Of a DNA stretch of 64,000 bases, positions 26,271 through 39,959 are shown piece after piece (within the stretch, counting starts at the first letter, position 1; each line of letters starts with the position of its first letter). The translations under genes and the position numbers were made by a program. Where the stretch lies: positions 11,098,001-11,162,000 of the forward strand of contig OX597828.1 in NCBI GenBank assembly GCA_951406725.2. Reading direction: 5' to 3'. The notes under the pieces were generated by a model that saw only the letters and a list, made by a program, of their open reading frames with translations, was not told the origin of the DNA and made no database searches. This DNA comes from Octopus vulgaris (taxonomy: Eukaryota).

Positions 26271-27439
26271 CTTTAATCGATTTAACACTAATGCACGGTA
26301 CGTCGATTCCTTGGCTGCATTCTCTCTGGTACATGGATTCAGGCCAATTGTCTGATATGAGCAACACTTTCTCCCTTTCTTCTTTCCGTCATCCATCCTT
26401 TTTTTTTTTTACTTTCCTGTATAGGAAATCATATGCAAGACGTTCGTCTCCTGCATTTGTCATTTAGTTAGTAAGTGGCATGAGGTTCATGAATCTTTAC
26501 AAAACCACGGAGACGAGCGGCAAACAAGGAAGATGATATCCCCCAAAACAGAAACCTGATACAAACGCTTGCAACCGATTAGATTTTTCCATTAAAGACG
26601 CACACCGAACGATGATGCAGTTAAACAGGCTACAGAGTAAGTGAACCCTTTCAAAGTCGTTTAAAAATGTTTTATAAAAATCCGGACACTGTGATAACCA
26701 TTGAGTGAGAATTTGTAACTGTCGATCAAGTACACCTCGACAAAACACGTTCGATTTCCAGTTGAACCAGGAATAATTTCAGTTCAATTAATTATTGTTT
26801 GTGCGAGGATGCAACTCAGACAAGTACAGAAGATTTTAAAGAAGTAGTTTTGTCTTATTAAATTGGTCTCGACACTCGCAGTACTTAATCGAAAAACAAA
26901 ATTCCTCGGTCTCAAACCAGCGATTCATTAAGGGGAAACAAAGCATTTTCATTTCATAATGAAAACATAGATATTCTACAAATAATTAATTGGTTTAATA
27001 GCAACACGTGTGAGTAAAATTCCTTGTGAAAAAAAGGAGAGAAGATATTTCTTAAGTATTCAACGGTCGATTGTCAGGTTGAAAGGCGAACAGCAAAACG
27101 TCAAAATAAAGTGCTAAACTCAAAAGTTTTTATCATTTCCATCTTCATTTTTCTTCTTTCTCTTCTTCTCCGAATTCTTTTTCTTCTTCGTGTTTTCTAA
27201 TTATTTTTTCTTTTAACTTTTTCTCTAACTTTTACTTTCTCTCCTTTTTTTAAAATTTTTATCCTCTTCCATCATTATTTTTTAACACCTATTTATGTTG
27301 TATAATAGAGAATTATTGCCTCTCTGTCAGATGGCCAGGCAACAGTTCATCATTGGAAACAAGATGCCATTTCAAGACACATACGAACAACATCAACACG
27401 ATTTCTTTATTTCTTCGCATTCGTTTTTGTTCTACACTT

Positions 27440-28330
27440 TTTCTTCCTGTTCTTCTCCTTCTTCTTTTTCTTCTTCTTCTTCTTCTTCTTCTTCTTCTTC
27501 TTCTTCCTTCTTCTTTCTTCTTTCTTCTTCTTCTTCTTGTTCCTTCTTCTTCCACACTTGCAAAAACTGGAGATTGGTTGAGAAGAACAACAAAATAAAA
27601 ATGGTCTGCACCGCATCATAAGTCTTGTAAAGAAATTGTAGTTCTTTACACTTATCCCTGATATGCTTCATGAAGCCTATTAATCAAAGAGTTACCAAAA
27701 GAAGAAGAAGAAGAAGAAGAAGAAGAAGAAGAAGAAGAAGAAGAAGAAGAAGAAGAAGAAGGAAAAGAAGAAGAAGAAGAAGAAGAAGGAGAACACGAAC
27801 ACGTACAACGAGAACAACAATAGCCATCAAATATAGTGTCGACATTAATAATCTGGGAGTCGGACGATGGACATCTGAAAAGCTTTGAAAACACCTCAAC
27901 AAAGATAACAATGGAAAACATTCAGACCGAAACAATGTGTGAGTACAACACGACGACCACCAACGCCAACACCACCACCAACAACAACAACAATGACAAC
28001 GACAAGTAAAACATCAGTAATGGCAGCAGCAGCAGCAACACAGCCACAACAACCACAACAACCACAAATGATGGTGATGATGATGATGATGATGATGACC
28101 TGGGAAAAAAGTAAAGGTGAAGAGACGGAAGGGAGAAGAGGGGAAAGAGAAGAAAAACAGGGCGGATGGGGAGGAGGAGGAGGAAGAGGAGGAGGAGGAG
28201 GAGGAGGAGGAAGAGGGGAGAAAGAGAGGTAAGGAGGAAGAGCAGTAGGGGTGGGAGAGAAAAGGAGAAGGGTTGAGGAGCAGAGGAGCTGGAGAGAAGT
28301 GATGAGGTGGCGGAGGAACGGAGCAACGGA
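27440..28330. repeat. Trinucleotide blocks (TTC)n, (AGA)n, (CAA/CCA)n, (GAT)n, (GGA)n
   Basis: Directly visible. Confidence 0.95.
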
Positions 28331-29147
28331 GGAGGAGTATAGGTTTAGAAATAATTAGATATTTTTTTCTCCATGTTCCCAATTTTGCAGGGCTTCCACT
28401 ACTGAGTTCCTGGAACGCATCATATGTTCTGGCTTTTCTCCCCGGACCATACATTTAAGAAATAAAATTTTGTGCGGCTGACCCCCGTCCGTAAAACCTT
28501 ATTTGAAAAAGCCTGGGAGGCACCAATATCAGTCAATTAATTCGATCCTAGTATTTTATGAGGCTCACATGCAGTGAAAGAACAACAGCTCAGCAGAAAA
28601 CTAGACGCAGGCATTAGGCTAATGGATCGTTATAGTTTGAAAAAAGCATTGGCCATATTAATTATATGCTGCCAACCCAGTATTTACTTGTTTCAAGTCA
28701 GATCAAAACTCATTTGCTATTAGTAACCCTAATCTGCTTCATTGTTGGACCTTCAGCAACTAAACTGCCAACACCACTCTCCGGTGTGTACAGTGTAGAT
28801 CGACATTCAAAAAGTAACAGTACCTGGTCCACAATTTATATAAACTCAACAGAGACCCGCCCGTCATCCATCAAACCTACAAATGCACTGATTCCCTGTT
28901 AAAGACATCAGTTTAGCATCAATGACTTTCTTCGTATCTCTTGCAACTGGCTGCTGGTCTCTAGAGCGAACTGGCTTTGTCTTTACTCTTACTCTGAGGT
29001 ACCCAACGACAGAAGCTCTTTCATAGTTGCTAAGATCATCCAAGTTGATTTAAATCAACTCTGACTTCGCTTTAAGTGTTTCTCTTTATCTTTCAAACAA
29101 CGGAAACTATTGGAACATATACTTTACAGCATTTCGGTTTATAGTAA

Positions 29148-29997
29148 ATAGCTTAGTTGCTGGTAATTCGGCTCGAGAATGTAAGGTTGTGAATTTCATT
29201 CCCAGCAGTGCGTTGTGTTCTCAAGCAAGATATTGGGTTGCCCGGAAAGTTCGTGCCGATTTATAGTAACTTAACTTTCGACTTATTTTAGAACATGGTT
29301 GAATCCATAACATAGAATTTGACTATACCTCTATTTAGAGCACAGTTTAAACTATCTTTTCGTGGAAAAAGGTTTATGTTCCTATAACCTATGTTAATTC
29401 TGTAACCCTTTAAAATAGAAGATAAGGAAGTTCATTTTCGGAAATTGGTGCTTTAGGAACCAGACAAAAATTGCTACAGCTGGGATGTGTTACCCCACCC
29501 TCCATATTCATCAGATATTGTTCCTTCGGATTTCCACTTATTCAGGTCTCTGCAGAATAGTCGTAATGGTAAAAATCTCAATTCCTTGGATGACGTAAAA
29601 AGATACCTTGATGAATTCTTTGCCATGAAACCACCTCACTTCTGGGAAGAGGGTATTTTCAAGTTAAAGGAAAGATGGAGATGCATTGTGCAACAAAATG
29701 GTTCATATTTGGTTGATTAAAAATGTAATGGCAAGTATTTATTGACCTTTTTCTTTCTTTTAAAAATCGGACAACCCAGTACTTTATTTCACTTTGCTCC
29801 AGTTTACTCAGCTGGCAAAAATAAGTGGTACCCGTAATTTAAAGGGCCAGCTTTGTCACATGCTGAATCTCCCTGAACATTACGTGAATAGTTCGTGTGT
29901 TTCTGGAGTGCTCATCCCTTTGCTCGTTAATAGCATGAGCAGGCTGTTCCGTTAATCGGATCAACGGAAATCCTCGTCGTAACAGACGCAGTGCCAG
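29148..29997 (+). mobile_element. Diverged SINE family C interrupted by a mariner
   Basis: gcgttgtgttctcaagcaaga|TA...TA|ctttatttcactttgctccag rejoins to match the 10873 copy, and the downstream tail also matches. Confidence 0.82.
29233..29779 (+). mobile_element. Internally deleted mariner element
   Basis: TA duplication at 29231-32 and 29780-81; TIR ttgggttgcccggaaagttcgtgccgattt with a shortened right copy. An EDKEVHFR N-terminus is fused to LPHPPYSSDIVPSDFHLFRSLQN...GIFKLKERW (HPPYSPDLAPSD motif). Confidence 0.92.
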
Positions 29998-30059
29998 TTT
30001 AACTTTAAAAGTGGCTTTAGATAATTCTACATGAAATTCTACTTGTTTCTATCTTAGAC

Positions 30060-30250
30060 AAAAAGCCAACAATTTCACTGAGGGAGCTGTTCAATATCAT
30101 CGAACTTTGGACTTCACTGCTACTTCATTTTATCGTCTCCGAAAAGATGAAATGCAGGATGACTACGGCAGAATTTGAACTCAGAATATTAAAAGCCTGA
30201 AGACAAGCTGCAACGCAGTTGCCTCGATGCTCTAACAGTTCCGTCAATCC
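30060..30250 (-). mobile_element. Degenerate family-B SINE
   Basis: ttttatcgtctccgaaaagatgaaatgc...ggcagaatttgaactcagaa. Confidence 0.65.
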
Positions 30251-30288
30251 ACTACATTGAAAATTACTTAATTATAATACGCATACAC

Positions 30289-30516
30289 AAGGCGGCGAGC
30301 TGGCAGAAACGTTAGCATGCCGGGCGAAGTGCCGTATTTTGTCTGCCGTTACATTCAGGGTTCAAATTCCGCCGAGGTCGACTTTGCTTTTCATCCTTTC
30401 TGAGTCGATAAATTAAGTACCAATTACGCACTGGGATCGATGTAATCGACTTAATCCGTTTGTCTCTCCTTGTTTGTCCTCTCTATGTTTAGCCCCTTGT
30501 GGGTAGTAAAGAAATA
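30289..30516 (+). mobile_element. Full-length family-B SINE with tail 1 and TSD
   Basis: Runs from aaggcggcgagctggcagaaacg to gtgggtagtaaagaaata. The 16-bp TSD is tataatacgcatacac (30273-30288) / tataatgctcatacac (30517-30532). Confidence 0.9.
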
Positions 30517-30918
30517 TATAATGCTCATACACTTTGGGGTGGCTAAATCGGTACTCCATTAAATAAAATGGCCTGCTGTATTTCCTTTTCAATCTCTCTT
30601 ATTCGAAGCCCACTTCTTTTGTTGATTAACTAAATCTGCATTTATGTTGCAGATGATGGGTAAAGCTTTTCTATCTGTGACCATTTCGTCTACTTTCTTT
30701 CGTGAACTTCACCGTTGTGAAAAACCTCAGGGAGCGATGTGTGAAAGTATTGGTTCTCATTCCAAAAGATCAACGGACCATGTAGAGACTGCTTGGTGTT
30801 TGACAACGATATGGTAGAGAATTATTAGGATTCGACTCCGGCAGAATTCGAACTCAGAACGTCGTGTTTTGTAAATAAATACTTCCTTAAGGCAGCGCAA
30901 TATTGTTCTTGCCACTCC

Positions 30919-30966
<48 letters not shown>

Positions 30967-31147
30967 CTCTCTCTCTAAACAATTGCACGTTCTATGCGAT
31001 AGAGTTACTGATGGGGATATTTTTTTAAGCTTTTAATTGTTGAAAGATTTACTCTCCCGCAACCAAATATATATTTGTGCATACATATACAAACATGTAT
31101 ACATAAACACACGTGCACGTACATATATATAGATATTTTGATAAATA

Positions 31148-31163
31148 TGTCTATTTATAAACA

Positions 31164-31212
<49 letters not shown>

Positions 31213-31223
31213 ATATGTATATA

Positions 31224-31280
<57 letters not shown>

Positions 31281-31346
31281 GTATGTATTTCTTTGTTTTT
31301 ATATTGTTTCATGTAAATAATTTCAAAACACTGAATAGAATAAGAG

Positions 31347-31429
<83 letters not shown>

Positions 31430-31443
31430 ATATATATAGATAT

Positions 31444-31528
<85 letters not shown>

Positions 31529-31552
31529 CACACGCACACGCGCGCGCGCGCA
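31148..31552. repeat. (TA)n/(TG)n microsatellites
   Basis: Directly visible. Confidence 0.95.
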
Positions 31553-32556
31553 TGTCCATACGTAAGTATGTATGCACGAATGTTTTATGTATATAGAGTG
31601 TGTATATGTAGTATATCTATTGTAAATAACACGATGAATGTAGAATAAAGAAGAAAAAGACAGAAAAAAACTTCGCGAAACAATCTATTTTTCTCCTCAC
31701 AGCTGGAATCTTAAAATACTGCGTTTATTTAAAAGATATTAATTCGACTGGGATAAAACAACAACAGCAGCAGCAACAACAACAACAACAACAGCAACAT
31801 GTGAGAGTAGATAATCGTTTCAACTTTCAAGTTACTTCTTTTCTTTCTTTCTTCTTTGTTTTGTTTTCTTTTTTTTTATATTATTCTGATTATCACAAAA
31901 CATCTTAAAAACCAGGTTTCACAGCGCCTATTCACAACAGATAAGTATGTATGCACGAATGTTTTATGTAAAATCATAATAACTAGTCTATCAGAAAGAT
32001 AACCGACCGAACTCTCTGTATAATACGAAAGATATACATAAAAGAATGTTTCAAAAGAACACAAAACATAGGATACAAGCCGACTAAAAGATATAGTAAA
32101 TGTTTATGATGTTATAATTTACTAAAGATTTCCCTTCAAAGCTTTCAGAAGTTTCTAGCACTCGTGATGCAAGTCGTAAGTTGAAAGATGGAAAGACAGG
32201 CGTGTTGTAAACGTGTAAAACGAAGCGGATATGATTATTATATTTTTTTTAGATTGATGTGCTGGGTTTTCTTTTAAATATATATAGGCGTGTGTGTGCA
32301 TGTGTGTTTAGGAGTGTATATATACGTATATCATTGTGTAATTAGGGATAAAATATTGGCCAAGCCAACCTGTAATACTGTTTTGATACTGCTTCGAAGT
32401 GGTCCACTTACACTTAAAATCATAATAACGGTCAATGTCTATCAGAAAGATAACCGACCGAACCCAGCTTGCATGCGATTCTAAAATTTATATGTTCAAG
32501 AACATATTTCAAGCCGACTAAAAGATATAGAAATGTTTAATGATGCTTATTTTATC

Positions 32557-33164
32557 ATCCATACTCTCAACAGTGCGCCTTTAAATATGGTTTCTGATTA
32601 TAAATATCTTGGGTCATACATATCATCATCTGGAAAAGACTTTCTAACTAGAAAGGGTATGGCCTGGTCAGCCTGTAATGACATGCATAAGATCTGGTCA
32701 TCAAATCTAAGTAGAGACTTCAAACTTGAAATATTCAAAGCCACAGTCGAACCAATTCTACTATATGGCTCAGAAACCTGGACGTTATCAAAGAAGCTTG
32801 AGAGGCGGTTGGATGGAACCTACACTCGCCTCCTTATGAGAGCTCAAAATCTCTCGTGGAAGCGCCATCCAACCAAAATGCAAATATATGGGAAATTACC
32901 ACCTGTGTCATCCCTTGTGAAAGGTAGGAGAGTCCAGTTTGCTGGACATTGTTGTAGAGCTGAAAAGAAATAATTTCTACTCTTCTCCTCTGGAAGCCAT
33001 CTACTCGCAATACCAGAGGGCGCACACTCTCCTACCCTGATGTAATCTCCAGGGATACAGGCATCCAGCAACAGGACCTCCGTAATGCTATGATGGACCG
33101 TGAAGTCTGGCGTAACATAGTAAATTACTATTGTCTTGACCACGGTCAACAATGATGATGATGA
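32557..33164 (+). mobile_element. 5'-truncated RTE-clade LINE
   Basis: YKYLGS...PILLYGSETWTL...RLDGTYTRLLMRAQN...RRVQFAGHC, with one frameshift near 32970 and a (GAT)n tail. A ttatc duplication lies at 32552-56 and 33165-69. Confidence 0.92.
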
Positions 33165-33290
33165 TTATCGACCCTGAAAAGATGAAAGGCAAAGTCGACC
33201 CCGGTGGTACCTGAACTCAGAACGGGAAGATGGACAAAATACCGCTGGCTACTTTGCCCAACGTACTAACGATTCTACCAGTACACAGCC
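33165..33290 (-). mobile_element. Family-B SINE remnant that hosts the RTE insertion
   Basis: tgcttattttatc (32544-56) plus gaccctgaaaagatgaaaggcaaagtcgacc reconstructs the SINE body. Confidence 0.75.
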
Positions 33291-34084
33291 TCTCTCTCTC
33301 TTTCTCTCTCTCTCTCTTCCTCTCTCTCTCTCTCTTTCTCTCAATATTACCTGTATATTTTTAATTAGTTATTTTAGGTGCAGGTATTACTCTGTATCTA
33401 AGAAGCTCATTTTGTTACCACATGGTTTCGTGTTCAGCGTCAAGGCGCGGCACCTTGGTCAAGTGACCTCTACTACAAGTCTGGGGTTGACTAACGGCAT
33501 GTGAATGGATTTGGTAGACAGACAGCATAGAAGCTCATTGCAAATACATCCATCCATTCATATATATATATATATTGAGAAAAGGTAGCAGTCAGAATTT
33601 TGAATAATTCTTTAGCGTTTTCGTTCGTTTGACCGACAACAATTAAGCCTTAATTTTTGTCTTGAATAGAACAAAATGCGATAAATATCGAAAATTATTA
33701 TATACCTTGTTTATCTAATCATACTTATGCATAAAAAAATACGAGTAAGACTTATCAAGTCGATTTTCTAATGCTTTAAATGGTATAATTTAAAAAAAAA
33801 AACGCTATATAACTAGACATCATTGCAATGTACCGTGTGGGTACTACTAACCTCGGTTACCAAAAGTAAATATCTAATTATCAATGAATGTTGTCTAATG
33901 GAAAAATATTGCATCTAGGAGGAAATAATCTTTAAACCACTCCACTCCTTGAAGCCGAAGCTTATCCCCGACCTTTTGAAGGATGCACTACGTTGTCACA
34001 CGATCTGTTGGAAATTGCATCTAAATCTTACGCCGAGAGTTTTAAAAGGATATACGTTTATTTAGATATATGAGATAATTACGA

Positions 34085-34383
34085 TAAACGTCGCCCTTTT
34101 CAAGCCTAGCCAGTCTCATAGGCCCGGTTTCTGTGGCGTATGTACTCCCCACCCCCAGCTAAACGGGACGCCAGTCCATCGCAGCGTTACTCAAGAAACG
34201 GGAAGAGAGAGAAAGTTGGGGCGAAAGAGTACAACAGGGGTCGCCACCACCCCTGCCGGAGCCTCGTGGAGCTTTTAGGTGTTTTCGCTGAATAAACACA
34301 CACAACGCCCAGTCTGGGAATCGAAATCGCAATCCACCGACCGCGAGTCCGCTGCCCTAACCACTGGGCCATTGCGCCTCCAC
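34085..34383 (-). mobile_element. SINE family D (tRNA-like head, tail shared with 41432)
   Basis: Minus strand reads gtggaggcgcaatggcccagtggttaggg...tttcgattccc. The 3' part gcgatggactggcgtcccgt...gaaaccggg...ggcttgaaaagggcg matches 41575-41685. Confidence 0.85.
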
Positions 34384-34679
34384 ATATTAGGTAATTAGAG
34401 TTTACAATTCTTGAATCATAGACCTGCGCGATCAGGGCTGCTATCGTACTAAATAACAACATATGCTTGTTTTAGAATCTTGTTAATGTTCGATGATTGT
34501 ATAGCTATTTATTTGGCAGTGCTGCTTTACTGCTTATTCCGTATACGTCGTAAAGGAAATGTAAAATCAACCAGGACAATAGTACATTACTGCTTATTTC
34601 ATATGATGGTAGTCCCTAGTAGTCCAGGAAGACAGCTCTGCAATGTCTTACTGAACAATCTGCACAACCTGCACAAATG

Positions 34680-34980
34680 AGTTATCAAGTATGTCTGTTG
34701 TACAATAGCTCACTCCTTTCAATCAAACCGATGTTACCTCTAGAAACTGTCTTTGTCTAAAAAGGACAGATTAGTTACTTGCTACAAATTCCAAATGAGA
34801 AGGGTAGATAACCACAGGAATAAAGGATTTTCCAAAATAGACATGACATTACTTGCACAAGTCATAAATGAATTCTACTCTGTTGCTGTATACATCTAAG
34901 AGTCTTGTTTTCTGAAGATAAAGTAGGATAATTGCTGTACTGATGAGACTTCTTGAGGCAGAAATATATCAATAGCCCCT
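34680..34980 (+). mobile_element. Possible decayed Penelope-like 3' end with a degenerate hammerhead
   Basis: SRNCLCLKR (weakly like the C-x2-C after GIY-YIG), followed by gctgta-CTGATGA-gacttcttgaggca-GAAA-tataTC-aatagc at 34934-34976. Confidence 0.35.
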
Positions 34981-36337
34981 CTTGTTTTCAAGACAAGCAG
35001 ACTGTGTTTTCCTTAATAGCATCAATTTTTAAGAGAATTCTTGATTCTTGAGGTTATCTCATCTAAAGTTGGTACCAGAGATAGTTTCAATAAATCGAGA
35101 ATTTATTTTATATGCCCTTATTCATCTTTGAGCTCATTTTCATTTCATTTGTGTATATATTTGTGTATATATACACAGAGACACATATTATACACACATA
35201 TTCATGAGCATATATACATACACACACACACACGCATACTTATATGTTGCAATTTTGTAGAGTCAAATATTTAACAGGTTCACCATGTACCACACGTTAG
35301 GTGTCGAAGTGATCGCAACGATGACGAATTTTGTTCGAGACCACAACGCACTATCTGCGATCCAGAGGGCAACATTCTAAGCACCAAGCCATACGGCCTC
35401 ACCTATTTCATAAACACTCAAGAGAAATTAAAACTTAAGAGTAATATTATGTAGTATAATTAATCTACTTAATCCATTATTTTATATGCTAATTTACATT
35501 TGATTGCACATTAGAAATAGTAATAAATCCACTCCGGACTGAAATACATTCCATTGGAATTCTATAATTTTACAATTTACGAAATAGGTGTGAATAGATT
35601 AAATACGATTCAGTTGAATTTTAATAATTATAACTACGAAGTAATTAATTATGGAATAAATTTCATGAAGTAAAACAAATGAAAGTATCTATTTCTGGAA
35701 AAAATACTTTCTTCATTTTATTAGAAGAGATAGGTGCAAAAGTGGCTGTGTGGTAAGAAGCTTGCTTACCAACCACATGGAGGCACTTAGAATACTTATA
35801 TATAGTGAGTTCAAGTGCCGCCCGGGTTGACATGACTTTCATTCTTCTGTACTGGATAAACTAAATACCAGTAGAGGAATGGTGTCGACAACTCCCTTTC
35901 CCTAAAATTACTGGCCTTGTGCTAAAATTTGAAACCATTATTATTCCAGTTGCCAGGTTTCTCGATATTATTAATAGCAGTGTACAAAATTTCAAGTATG
36001 TCCTGTGAAGCCGTCAAACTTATAGAAGTTTAATGCTGTAGTTTAAATACAAACTTTCTCTCTCTGCCTGTGTGTGCGTGCGTGTGTGTTGATCGCGTAG
36101 TTGAATAAAGCTTAAATATTTCACTTCGCACGTCTTTCTTCCACTCCCACCCTCGTAAAATCCTTCTATAAATAATATAAACCAACAGCAACAAAAAATT
36201 TCTTTAAAAAAAAAATGTTTGTTCTGGTTTACACGTCGTATCTCTAATTTTCTTCATTTTCCACCTTCATATTATATCTATGTCCAAAGGCTAAACGGAA
36301 TCTAACCAAACTTGTTATGTACTTAATACTTAGCTCT

Positions 36338-36398
36338 ATATATACATACATATACACGCATATAGATGTGTGTATGTATGTGTAAATATATATATGTG

Positions 36399-36449
<51 letters not shown>

Positions 36450-36554
36450 GTGTATATATATTTATATATATATATATATACACAGTTATATATACGTATT
36501 CATATACACATATGTATATACATATATATATGTATATATATATATATGTAGGCG

Positions 36555-36623
<69 letters not shown>

Positions 36624-36701
36624 TGTATATTCTGATATATGCATATAACTATGCATTACATACATATTAAGTATGTATATATGTATGTATATATATGTAC
36701 G

Positions 36702-36756
<55 letters not shown>

Positions 36757-37693
36757 GCACGCACGCACGCACATACACACGAAGAGGGGGTTGGTGAGAG
36801 AGAGTCAGAGAGAGAAAGAGACGGGATGCGTTTCTGAGTTTCTGGCAACGACAAAAGCACTCCAGCGTCGTCAATACGTACTTGTTAGCCTAAAACGCAC
36901 AATACTTTACCTCTCTAATACACAAATACCAACGAATTGATAGTATTTACAATTACTCATTTATTATTTTTCTTTTTTTTTTTTGGTAATTCTTTATGCT
37001 TTTCTTTCCATTCCCCTTTTTTTTCTGCTTTCTGTTATTCTGTAGTTCGTCAACTTCTTCATAGTTCGGCCGTATACATTGTTCACTTTATTACTTTTTC
37101 TAGTTGTTATTTTATTGTGATCACAGTTGCTGGCGTTGGTTTTGGCTACAATGGTAGCGCTGCTGCTGCCACTGCTGCTGCTGCTGCTACTACTACTGCT
37201 GCTGCAGATGATGATGATGATGGTTGTGGTGTAGCTTGTGGCGTTTATTGTTTGCTAGTTATTTGTTTTTGTTTTGTTTTCTTGTTAGTGTTATCGTATA
37301 CATCTCATTAAAATGGAACATTCTTATGCTTAAGTGATGGCACTGGCTTTGACCGAAATCTCTTCAACTGACCTATAATATATTCTATGTAATAGAGTTT
37401 ACTTGAGGGACGTAAGGCGTGAACGCCAATACAAACATGGCTATTACGATCTTTATTGAATTTCGGTGATATAAAGAGAGAGAAGTCTCATTTGAAATTC
37501 TATTATAATAGGTGAGATGAGAGAAAATGAAGCCAGTATTGTTTGTGAGAAGGTCAACACTATTGGGCCTCTGTTATTTTGACATGTTATCCCATTAGAA
37601 AAGATGATGTATACATTTATGAGCGTGTACACACATACACACACACAAACACTCACACACAGGTGCGTATGCATATTTGTATGTGTGTGTAGG

Positions 37694-37739
<46 letters not shown>

Positions 37740-37869
37740 GGTATGTGTATATATATATATATATATACACACACATATTATGCATGCATATATATACATA
37801 TTATACATGCATATATATATACTTATATACATATGTATCTACTTATCTATCTATGTATCTATCGTCCTT

Positions 37870-37968
<99 letters not shown>

Positions 37969-38131
37969 TTATATATATATATATATTCTGTATATGTATA
38001 TATAGTATGTAGTGTATATAGTGTGTGTGTATATATATGTATACATAAATGTATATGCATGTATGCATATATATACATAAATATATGTGTAAGGGGTGCG
38101 TGTTAGTAAAAGTATAAGACGTATACATGTA

Positions 38132-38201
<70 letters not shown>

Positions 38202-38418
38202 CGTGTGTTTGTGTTTGCACATATGTATATAGCATGCATATCTATGTAAGTGTATATGCATGTATACACATTTGTGTGTATATGTTACTTTGCCTATGAC
38301 CAAAATGAATGACCTACGACAGAAACTGATTGAGTCTCGTTATGGTGTATTTAACTCATCACTTCTTGCTATCAACTTAACGAAGTTTCTTGTTATCGTT
38401 GTTATTATTACTATTATC

Positions 38419-38481
<63 letters not shown>

Positions 38482-38482
38482 T
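36338..38482. repeat. Microsatellite-rich block (TA, CA, GCT, TC, ATT) with short unique islands
   Basis: Directly visible. Confidence 0.9.
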
Positions 38483-38956
38483 TCACTTTTTTGTTTTCTT
38501 TTCAGTCAAATATAAAAAGAAAACAAAGACGAAATGTAGAAGACTTTTATGGAAAGATAGATGAGGTGGAATGAAAGTGAAAGTGAAAGTCAATTGTGTG
38601 GGATAAAACGACAGTAAAGAGTAATGACCAATATTTAGAGTCATAAAAAAAAAGGTGAGCTTTGTCCAAGAATTTCTGTCTTGACCAGCCGGATATATCA
38701 AAATGAATACCGAATAGGTAACAGCTGGAGAATAAGACTAGTTTCAGAATGATATATCAATCCATTCGTTGGAGAAGCAGTAGGTTTAAGATAAGGACAG
38801 TAAGAGAATAGACAGGCTGTTTATAAGACGCTAATCTACGTGTATTGATTGGTTTAGTATAAGATTTCAGAATAATGGACATAGGCTGCAGAATGAAAAA
38901 ATAAAGATATGAGGCGGTAAGATTACACGTGAAGGAGATAAAGAAAATGTGTTTGA

Positions 38957-38993
<37 letters not shown>

Positions 38994-39959
38994 TAAAGAA
39001 ACAGAAAGAGTGAAAGAGAGAGTGTAATTAAAAGCAAAAGAAAAAAAAAAGGTAATTGATAAGTTAAGGGAGAAAAGTGCTCAAGCGATTTAGAGGTTTA
39101 GATGCCGGAGGAAATGAGTACGTTGAGAAGAGAGTGGAGAGAAAGAGATAGAGGGAAAAATACAATCAAAGACCATAACGAACGGAGGAGACAATTGCAA
39201 AAATAAAGAGAATCGCAAAGAAAATAGGAATAAGTGCAAGATTCTAGGAATGAAATGATGTTTGAATAAAGAAATTAATGCTAGTAATATTACTTGAAGC
39301 AATGAAAAGTTCATACCAGCAGAAAAAAGATAGAAGAAATAAAGTGAGTTTAAAAGAGAAACGAACGTTAAAGAGAGTGAAGGAAACGCCATAACTACGT
39401 CTGCGTTCCTTGGAGCTATCTTGCACATCAAACTGACGAATAAGCGCATTATAAATTTTACAAATTGCAGCATCTGTATTACTCTGAATGAAGATACGTA
39501 AGATTCCGGTATGTAAGGATTAAGTGATCAGAGGATATTCTAAGTGTCTCCTTACTAACAATATCAATATGTTGTCTTCATTTGAAAATGACAACAAAAA
39601 AATTTCTTATTGATTAAATTAAAGAACAGAAAGCGGGAAAAAAATTTAGGAAAGTGCTAAGATGTATGTAAATAACGATGATTTGTTGTGTATATTTTTT
39701 CTGCACGATGCATATATGACATGTTCTGCTAATATGCCGTTTATGTTGATTATAAGCTGCAGTATGTGCAGCAAGACAGAATTATGGTATGCTACGTACA
39801 CATCTGTATTATGCTATTTACATTTTTATATACTGTTAACTTACTGTTCTGCATTGCGTAGATATCAACTTTTCTTATTATCAGTCGACTATAAACTGCA
39901 TTTGCGTCTTTCAACATTGACAAGAGTTCCAAATATACCGTTCTGTCATTAGTATTATA

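Noticed and set aside
28360-28480. Splice-acceptor-like ttttctccatgttcccaattttgcag followed by a possible exon
   Set aside because: All three frames stop within ~30 codons, with no clear donor or homology.
28700-29070. Possible decayed LINE endonuclease on the minus strand (SGVGSLVAE)
   Set aside because: A single short motif is insufficient to call.
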